Below the pieces are notes generated by a model that worked only from the letters and a program-made list of their open reading frames with translations, was not told the DNA's origin and did not search any database. 6,840 nucleotides of DNA from a virus (Duplodnaviria; Heunggongvirae; Uroviricota; Caudoviricetes): the IMG/VR virus record IMGVR_UViG_2606217104_000017, one strand, 5' to 3'. Within the stretch, counting starts at the first letter, position 1. Every line of letters begins with the position of its first letter. The position numbers were made by a program, and so were the translations under genes. Positions 1 through 4,717 of this stretch are shown piece by piece.

Positions 1-594
1 CTCCGGGGTAAAAAGGTCCGTACGACCATCAGCCGGAAAGCCGTTGCCGCAGGCGACCGCGTAAACCGTCAGTTCGTGGCAGAACGACCTGACCAGCTGT
101 GGGTGGCTGATTTTACTTACGTCAGCACATGGCAGGGCTTCGTCTATGTGGCGTTCATCATTGATGTGTTTGCCGGATACATTGTGGGGTGGCGGGTCTC
201 ATCGTCCATGGAGACGACATTCGTGCTGGATGCACTGGAGCAGGCGTTATGGGCCCGTCGACCGTCCGGCACGGTCCATCACAGTGATAAAGGTTCTCAG
301 TATGTATCGCTGGCCTACACACAGCGGCTTAAGGAAGCCGGATTACTGGCATCAACAGGAAGTACAGGCGACTCGTATGACAACGCGATGGCGGAGAGCA
401 TCAATGGTCTTTACAAAGCGGAGGTAATACACCGTAAGAGCTGGAAAAACCGTGCAGAAGTGGAACTGGCCACACTCACGTGGGTGGACAGGTATAACAA
501 TCGACGATTGCTGGAAAGGCTGGGCCATACTCCTCCGGCAGAAGCAGAAAAAGCTTATTATGCTTCCATCGGAAACGATGATCTGGCAGCCTGA
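1..594 (+). CDS. IS3-family transposase OrfB (DDE integrase-core domain), IS629/IS1203-like; 5' end cut by the window edge
   Basis: Frame +1 is open from nt 1 with no stop until TGA at 592-594, so the ORF-track start at 76 (GTG) is internal and the gene is truncated by the window. The translation LRGKKVRTTISRKAVAAGDRVNRQFVAERPDQLWVADFTYV...HHSDKGSQY...DNAMAESINGLYKAE carries the D, D, E catalytic residues with IS3-family spacing. Assignment to IS629/IS1203 is from memory, not a search. Confidence 0.9.
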   Translation, partial: LRGKKVRTTISRKAVAAGDRVNRQFVAERPDQLWVADFTYVSTWQGFVYVAFIIDVFAGYIVGWRVSSSMETTFVLDALEQALWARRPSGTVHHSDKGSQYVSLAYTQRLKEAGLLASTGSTGDSYDNAMAESINGLYKAEVIHRKSWKNRAEVELATLTWVDRYNNRRLLERLGHTPPAEAEKAYYASIGNDDLAA

Positions 595-636
595 GTTCAC
601 AGATAAAATACTCTCCAGGAAACCCGGGGCGGTTCA
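1..636 (+). mobile_element. Right-hand part of an IS3-family insertion sequence (IS629-like); right terminal inverted repeat at 611-636
   Basis: 611-636 ctctccaggaaacccggggcggttca is the reverse complement of TGAACCGCCCCGGGTTTCCTGGAGAG, an IS3-group style terminal repeat ending in the canonical ...CA-3', 42 bp after the transposase stop. The left end and OrfA lie outside the window. Confidence 0.75.
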
Positions 637-694
637 AAGCAACTTGCAGCCTCTGTTTTGGCACAATCAAACAAAGGGCGTAAGTGACAAATTA

Positions 695-728
695 CAGGGA
701 GAGTAAAACCTCCCTGCGTTTTTTATTT
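695..728 (+). terminator. Rho-independent terminator hairpin (7-bp GC-rich stem, then T-tract); possibly bidirectional
   Basis: cagggag (695-701) / ctccctg (710-716) with an 8-nt loop, followed by cgttttttattt (717-728). On the minus strand the same hairpin sits about 40 nt after the integrase stop and is followed by TAATTTGT, a weaker U-tract. Confidence 0.6.
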
Positions 729-757
729 ACTACGATTGTCTGCTTGCTGGAAGGCGA

Positions 758-2032
758 TTATTGTTTCTGAGCAAACTCAAACGGCCTGACCATCCCATCC
801 CGGTTTGCATCAAGATAATCTGCCCACCACTGTAGCATCAACCTTCGCTGCTCAAGATGTTTGGCCTTATGGGTATAGGCAGCACGAACGCTGTTGCTTT
901 CCTTGTGGCTCATTTGAAGTTCTACCGCATCTTCAGACCATAGCCCTGATTCAATCAGAGCACTACATGCCAGCGTGCGGAAACCATGACCGCAGATGTC
1001 CTGCGTGGTGTCATAGCCCATCTTACGTAGCGCTTTATTGATGGTGTTTTCACTCATGGGCTTGAACGAGTCATAACAGCCCGTAAAAATTAACCCCGCC
1101 TCATTACCTTCTTCATAGGTAAGCTGGCGGATCTCTTTCAGTATTTTAAGAGCCTGCCTGCAGAGGGGAACGAAGTGCTGGCGTTTCATTTTTGCGCCAC
1201 GCGTGGAATATTTGACGCGCTCAATCGCTTCACGCTTTTCTGGTATTACCCATAACTTACTGTTGAAGTCGATTTCTGACCATCGTGCATAGCGGAGTTC
1301 ACTGGAACGAATGAAAATCAACAGATTGAGTTTAATCGCCAGTGTAGTTAGTCCACGACCTTTGTAGGCATCAATACGTTCAAGCAGTAGCGGGATCTCT
1401 TCCAGCTCCAGTGCAGGGCGGTGTTCCGTCTCTGGTTTCTGGACAGCGCCTTCCATATCATAGGCCGGATTATGACGCATAAGCTTTTGCTGGACGGCAT
1501 GACGTAGGATCGCGGTGATGTATTGCTTAATCCGCATGGCAATTTCAAGGTAGCCGAGTGTTTCTGCATTTTTAATCGGAACAAGCAGATCACCCGTATC
1601 CAGATCTGAAACGTTGCTGTCGCCAATATCCGGGAATACATAGGTCTCAAGGCGCTTCCATACCGTATCGGCGTAATCTTCTGACCATTTTGTTTTGGTG
1701 GCAAACCAGCTTCTGGCGACGACACGGAACGAACGGGTTTTATCCCGCTTTTCCTGCAGCGCTTTTTCATCAGCCAGTTTTTTAGCGTTAGGATCGACTC
1801 CCTGAGCAAGCAGCTTTTTTGCTTCATCACGTCGTTGTCTGGCATCAGCAAGAGAAACCGCAGGGTAAACACCAATGGAAAACACTTTCTGTTTACCATC
1901 GAAGCGATAGCCTAACTGCCAGTATTTTGAACCATTGGGATGCACAAGAAGGTAGAGACCAAATCCATCAGTGAGCTTGACGGCTTTTTCCGCTGGTCTG
2001 GCATTTTTTACTTTAGTATCAGTAAGTGACAT
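758..2032 (-). CDS. int: P4-family tyrosine integrase (site-specific recombinase), 424 aa
   Basis: Translation begins MSLTDTKVKNARPAEKAVKLTDGFGLYLLVHPNGSKYWQLGYRF, the characteristic P4-type integrase N-terminus. Catalytic motifs are present: R in IRSSELRYARWSEID, HGFR (box II His/Arg), Tyr nucleophile in RAAYTHK, and the C-terminal EQRRLMLQWWADYL signature. The true start is the ATG at 2032-2030, preceded by GGAGGG with 7-nt spacing; the ORF-track start at 2098 is an upstream TTG and adds 22 residues encoded by the repeat region. Stop TAA at 760-758. Confidence 0.9.
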   Translation of the reverse strand: MSLTDTKVKNARPAEKAVKLTDGFGLYLLVHPNGSKYWQLGYRFDGKQKVFSIGVYPAVSLADARQRRDEAKKLLAQGVDPNAKKLADEKALQEKRDKTRSFRVVARSWFATKTKWSEDYADTVWKRLETYVFPDIGDSNVSDLDTGDLLVPIKNAETLGYLEIAMRIKQYITAILRHAVQQKLMRHNPAYDMEGAVQKPETEHRPALELEEIPLLLERIDAYKGRGLTTLAIKLNLLIFIRSSELRYARWSEIDFNSKLWVIPEKREAIERVKYSTRGAKMKRQHFVPLCRQALKILKEIRQLTYEEGNEAGLIFTGCYDSFKPMSENTINKALRKMGYDTTQDICGHGFRTLACSALIESGLWSEDAVELQMSHKESNSVRAAYTHKAKHLEQRRLMLQWWADYLDANRDGMVRPFEFAQKQ

Positions 2033-2049
2033 GACGGTTCCCTCCGCGT

Positions 2050-2096
2050 GCTGGTAAAACGCAAATCGAACCAGCTTTACCAGCATTTTTACCAGC
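2050..2096 (-). promoter_or_regulatory. Three copies of a 9-bp motif (TTTACCAGC direct at 2076-2084 and 2088-2096; inverted copy GCTGGTAAA at 2050-2058) just upstream of the P4-type integrase start
   Basis: Exact repeats seen directly in the sequence, 18-64 nt upstream of the integrase ATG on the minus strand. Function (operator, integrase arm-type sites or promoter element) is inferred. Confidence 0.3.
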
Positions 2097-2176
2097 AAAG
2101 TAGTGTGGGTTCGAGCGATTTTTAACGAACGAGGGTGAACCTGAAGAAGGGAGTAACCAGTTGATATAAATGCAGA

Positions 2177-2202
2177 AAGCAGACGTCAGTGAACGTCTGC
2201 TT
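2177..2202 (-). terminator. Hairpin 10 nt downstream of tRNA-Asn (candidate tRNA terminator or processing stem)
   Basis: aagcagacg (2177-2185) / cgtctgctt (2194-2202), 9-bp stem with 8-nt loop. On the minus strand it is followed by TCTGCATTTATAT, a moderate U-tract. Confidence 0.45.
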
Positions 2203-2211
2203 CCCTTAAAT

Positions 2212-2287
2212 TGGCTCCTCTGACTGGACTCGAACCAGTGACATACGGATTAACAGTCCGCCGTTCTACCGACTGAACTACAGAGGA
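2212..2287 (-). tRNA. asnT: tRNA-Asn (anticodon GUU), 76 nt with encoded CCA
   Basis: Reverse complement of 2212-2287 is TCCTCTGTAGTTCAGTCGGTAGAACGGCGGACTGTTAATCCGTATGTCACTGGTTCGAGTCCAGTCAGAGGAGCCA, matching E. coli tRNA-Asn as recalled, with anticodon loop CU-GUU-AA. The locus name asnT is by synteny with adjacent mtfA; E. coli has several identical asn tRNA genes, so the symbol is tentative. Confidence 0.97.
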
Positions 2288-2305
2288 ATCGTGTGAACGG
2301 GGCGC

Positions 2306-2334
2306 ATATTACTTAGCGGTACCTTGTCTGTCAA
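2306..2334 (-). promoter_or_regulatory. Sigma70 promoter for tRNA-Asn: -35 TTGACA (2334-2329), 17-bp spacer, -10 TAATAT (2311-2306), then GC-rich discriminator GCGCCCC (2305-2299)
   Basis: Consensus -35, optimal spacer, near-consensus -10 and a GC-rich discriminator typical of stringently controlled stable-RNA promoters, placing the transcription start about 10 nt before the mature tRNA 5' end (2287). The AT-rich region 2335-2387 with two copies of GTTAATTAAT could be an UP element or FIS sites. Confidence 0.65.
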
Positions 2335-2387
2335 CACTAAATTTCATAAGTCATTTCAATTGGTTAATTAATCTGCAAAGTTGTTAA

Positions 2388-3185
2388 TTAATGAACATTC
2401 GTCGCCGAAAACGAGTCTGTATCATTAGTGCGATGTAGTCTCTGCAAAGGATCTTGTTGATAAAATTGGCAGAAACGTTGCCACAATGAAGGGAAACGAG
2501 GAGCAAAAAGTTCTGGGGCGCTAAAGAAATATTCAGAAAGTACGGCAAAACATTCAGCAGGATCACTGGCAGCATAAGCATCAATGCTCGCCGCATTCTC
2601 GCCAACCAATTCGATTTCTTCCTGAATGTTGTTCATTGCAGCATGAAGATCGTGTTCCCAGCCAGCAACCTCACGCAACGGAATAAAGGGAACTCCGCTG
2701 GCGCGATCGCCGTTACGGGTGTCCAGCTTATGAGCGACTTCATGAATAATCAGGTTAAAACCAGAAGCATCAAAAGAATCTTGTATATCCAACCAGTTCA
2801 AAACGATAGGCCCTTGCTGCCAGCTCTGACCTGACTGAACAATACGTTGGTTATGCACCAGACCGATATCGTCTTCCCATTCATCATCGACCACAAATGG
2901 CGCAGGATAAATTAAGACTTCATGAAAACCATCCAGCCATTCCAGTCCTAACTCCAGAACGGGTAGGCAAAATAGAAGTGCTATCCGGCAGCTTCTTAAT
3001 GAATCCAGTTCAAAGCCCTGTAAAGGAACAAGCCGCTTTTGCTGTAAAAAACGTTCGGCAAGAGTGACTAATTTGCTTTGTTCCTGTTCCGTCAGACACG
3101 TTAAAAGGGGGATCGATAGTGCTTCCTGCCAGGGAAGGGCAGTTTGATGTGCTGATTCTTGTACTTTCCAGGGCCACTTAATCAT
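2388..3185 (-). CDS. mtfA: MtfA (Mlc titration factor A / YeeI), zinc-dependent peptidase-like protein, 265 aa
   Basis: Translation [61 protein letters not shown]...[10 protein letters not shown]... matches E. coli MtfA as recalled, including the HEVAH metallopeptidase motif. The true start is the ATG at 3185-3183; the ORF-track start at 3224 is an upstream GTG. Stop TAA at 2390-2388. Confidence 0.9.
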
Positions 3186-3234
3186 CGTTTTGCTCGCAAA
3201 CTCGTCACTTGAACAAAATTGCACGGACAGGGAC

Positions 3235-3243
3235 TGTTAAAAT
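3235..3243 (+). promoter_or_regulatory. Possible extended -10 element (TGtTAAAAT) for tRNA-Ser
   Basis: TGnTAAAAT lies 36 nt upstream of the tRNA 5' end. No convincing -35 at 17-bp spacing (TTGAAC at 3209-3214 is 23 bp away), so this is a weak call. Confidence 0.25.
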
Positions 3244-3278
3244 GCCAAATTTCCTGGCATCATGGCAACCATCTGAAC

Positions 3279-3368
3279 GGAGAGATGCCGGAGCGGCTGA
3301 ACGGACCGGTCTCGAAAACCGGAGTGGGGGCAACTCCACCGGGGGTTCAAATCCCCCTCTCTCCGCCA
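3279..3368 (+). tRNA. serU: tRNA-Ser (anticodon CGA), 90 nt with long variable arm and encoded CCA
   Basis: GGAGAGATGCCGGAGCGGCTGAACGGACCGGTCTCGAAAACCGGAGTGGGGGCAACTCCACCGGGGGTTCAAATCCCCCTCTCTCCGCCA: class II tRNA with anticodon loop CU-CGA-AA (3312-3314), T-stem GGGGG/CCCCC and 3' CCA. It is divergent from mtfA, as serU is in E. coli K-12 (recalled synteny). Confidence 0.97.
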
Positions 3369-3413
3369 AAATTCAATCACTTATACATCATTAAGTCAGT
3401 GACAAAAATCACA

Positions 3414-3460
3414 CTTGGAATTACTTGGAATTACTTGGAATATTTTCTTGGAATATTTTC
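3414..3460. repeat. Tandem direct repeats: 2 x CTTGGAATTA (3414-3423, 3424-3433) then 2 x CTTGGAATATTTT (3434-3446, 3447-3459); candidate integrase arm-type binding sites at attL
   Basis: Exact tandem copies seen in the sequence. They straddle the integrase stop codon (3433-3431), and the last nine integrase codons (ENIPRKYSK) are encoded by the 13-bp repeat pair. A nearby palindrome GTCAGTGAC sits at 3395-3403. Confidence 0.8.
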
Positions 3461-4456
3461 AGGTAACGGGACATCAAGTGTCGGTGAAACTTTAACCTTC
3501 CTGTCATAGATTAGCACTTGCCCCTCGGTTTTGTGACCAGAGAAAAGTTGCTTATCCCGACTGCTTCCTTCATAGTCTGAAATTCCTTTCGCCTTCAGAT
3601 CATGAAAGGTGAAGTCGGTTAAAATACCTGAAATTTTGCCTGCGCGATTTCTTGCTTCTACCCACATTTCGTTAAAGCCTTTGTACATATATCGGTTGCC
3701 GTATTGATTACTGATTACATAGGCGGATGTTGGTAACTGTTTTGCTTTTTCGATCGCCGCCTGTAATCGTGGACTCCATGCTTTTATCTGTTTTTTTCCT
3801 GTTTTCCCTTGCTGGATAAAGATTCCGTCGTTTCCAATCTGCTCCCATTTCAGCGATAACACATCGGAAACCCTCGCTGCACACAGATAGGCAATTTCCA
3901 TTGCGATAAAAACAGGAAGAGGTGCAACGCTTAATACTGCCTGGTATTCTTTGTCGGTTACATATCGTTCGCGGTTTTTGGCCTTGAATTTACTTACACC
4001 TGCACATGGGTTAGCCTTCACGTACCCTCGCTCATACCCCCAACTGTAAACGCGGGACATACTGCTTTTTTCATGGTTGGCTTGCGTTTTACTCTGTTCC
4101 CCTCTCTTGTCCATGTATCGACGGATGTGTTCTGGTTTTATGGAATCTGCCGGCACCTTACCGAATACGGCAAGCAACTTTTTTTGATGTTGCAGATAAT
4201 CTTTTTGTGTTCTTGGACTGAGGTCACTGTAATAGGCGCTGGCGAGGAATTTTTCCCACAAGCGACCGAATGTCATTGCACGATCGCGATTATTTACAGT
4301 TTCCTCATACTTTTTCCATAAAGCAGCTAAACCATCCTTGATGGCGGTTAGTGTGACAGATTCTCTGGATGTTGGTTTCCATACATAACTATATTTATTT
4401 GGGTATACATTTGGAGGTAGTTTTTCGTGTTCAGGATTTTTCCTTCGTCTTCCCAT
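3431..4456 (-). CDS. int: Lambda-family tyrosine integrase, 341 aa
   Basis: N-terminus MGRRRKNPEHEKLPPNVYPNKYSY resembles the lambda Int arm-binding domain (lambda begins MGRRRSHERRDLPPNLY, recalled). The catalytic region has R195 (CAARVSDVL), box II TFHDLK (H285, with K288 where Arg is expected), H308 (SGHKT) and the Tyr nucleophile Y317 (LIYDRK), with the 9-residue H-to-Y spacing of lambda Int. Start ATG at 4456-4454, stop TAA at 3433-3431. Confidence 0.9.
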   Translation of the reverse strand: MGRRRKNPEHEKLPPNVYPNKYSYVWKPTSRESVTLTAIKDGLAALWKKYEETVNNRDRAMTFGRLWEKFLASAYYSDLSPRTQKDYLQHQKKLLAVFGKVPADSIKPEHIRRYMDKRGEQSKTQANHEKSSMSRVYSWGYERGYVKANPCAGVSKFKAKNRERYVTDKEYQAVLSVAPLPVFIAMEIAYLCAARVSDVLSLKWEQIGNDGIFIQQGKTGKKQIKAWSPRLQAAIEKAKQLPTSAYVISNQYGNRYMYKGFNEMWVEARNRAGKISGILTDFTFHDLKAKGISDYEGSSRDKQLFSGHKTEGQVLIYDRKVKVSPTLDVPLPENIPRKYSK

Positions 4457-4659
4457 TAGATTGCACCAAAATTCGGCTCTACCTCGCGTGGTGGTAAAGT
4501 TTTATTGCAGGTAAATAGATCCCGGCTGACAATCGGTTTGCCACTACGATTGGTATAGAACGGAAGCCCGTTTTCCGTTAACCATTTTCGCTGGTGGCTT
4601 GCATATTTGCAGCCCGTTAATATTAGCAATTCATCTTCGGTTAAAAATAAGTTGCTCAT
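4456..4659 (-). CDS. xis: Small excisionase-like protein (recalled as DUF4224-type, often found upstream of phage integrases), 67 aa
   Basis: MSNLFLTEDELLILTGCKYASHQRKWLTENGLPFYTNRSGKPIVSRDLF has the size, position and motif pattern of the small integrase-coupled excisionase-like proteins, as recalled. Its TAA stop (4458-4456) overlaps the integrase ATG by one nucleotide (TAATG), implying translational coupling. Excisionase function is inferred from context. Confidence 0.6.
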   Translation of the reverse strand: MSNLFLTEDELLILTGCKYASHQRKWLTENGLPFYTNRSGKPIVSRDLFTCNKTLPPREVEPNFGAI

Positions 4660-4676
4660 AGCTATATCTCATAACC

Positions 4677-4702
4677 GCCGCTAACTATATACGGTTAGCG
4701 GC
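4677..4702 (-). other. 9-bp stem hairpin in the 58-bp spacer between the large gene and xis (no U-tract)
   Basis: gccgctaac (4677-4685) / gttagcggc (4694-4702) with loop tatatacg. On the minus strand it is followed by GGTTATGAGATATAGCT and then the xis ATG, so it is unlikely to be an efficient intrinsic terminator; more likely an RNA processing or attenuation element. Confidence 0.4.
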
Positions 4703-4717
4703 AATTAGGGTTGAACA

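Larger units (their letters stand above)
637..2211 (-). mobile_element. Integrase-proximal end of a tRNA-Asn-associated genomic island (P4-type integrase module), truncated or interrupted by the IS element
   Basis: A P4-family integrase gene lies immediately 3' of tRNA-Asn in the same orientation, the classical island-at-tRNA arrangement. The island-side boundary is set by the IS right end at 636. The far direct repeat of the tRNA 3' end is not in the window. Confidence 0.6.

Noticed and set aside
146-706. ORFs 146-427 (+), 352-600 (-), 452-706 (+) and 476-670 (-) overlapping the transposase gene and IS end
   Set aside because: They are alternative-frame or antisense ORFs inside the well-supported IS3-family OrfB reading frame, and 452-706 crosses the IS terminal repeat. 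No independent support.
805-1899. ORFs 805-1041 (+) and 1348-1899 (-, alternate frame) inside the P4-type integrase gene
   Set aside because: Fully embedded in a conserved integrase reading frame with translations lacking recognisable motifs. Shadow ORFs.
2033-2098. N-terminal extension of the P4-type integrase ORF (MLVKMLVKLVRFAFYQHAEGTV...) starting at TTG 2098
   Set aside because: The extension is translation of the TTTACCAGC repeat region and starts at a non-ATG codon. The ATG at 2032 has a strong GGAGGG ribosome-binding site and yields the canonical MSLTD... P4-type N-terminus.
637-2211. Naming the tRNA-Asn island as a specific known island (for example the high-pathogenicity island or the pks island)
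   Set aside because: Only the integrase is visible and the cargo is replaced by an IS within the window. Nothing in the sequence shown identifies the island type.
2384-2834. ORFs 2384-2605 (-) and 2643-2834 (+) inside mtfA
   Set aside because: Out-of-frame or antisense to the conserved mtfA frame. No start signals.
3186-3224. Upstream GTG start giving a 278-aa MtfA ([13 protein letters not shown]...)
   Set aside because: The recalled native MtfA begins MIKWPWK (265 aa), and the ATG at 3185 fits it. The extension would run into the divergent tRNA-Ser promoter region.
3414-3460. Tandem short repeats considered as a CRISPR array or minisatellite
   Set aside because: Units are only 10-13 bp, directly abutting with no spacers, and lie at a prophage attL overlapping the integrase stop. 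Integrase arm-type sites are the better explanation.
3209-3509. Plus-strand ORFs 3209-3394 and 3219-3509
   Set aside because: They run straight through the tRNA-Ser gene and the attL repeats, with no ribosome-binding site and low-complexity translations. Spurious.
4073-4321. Plus-strand ORF antisense to the lambda-type integrase
   Set aside because: Embedded antisense ORF with a hydrophobic low-complexity translation and no start signals; the integrase frame explains the region.
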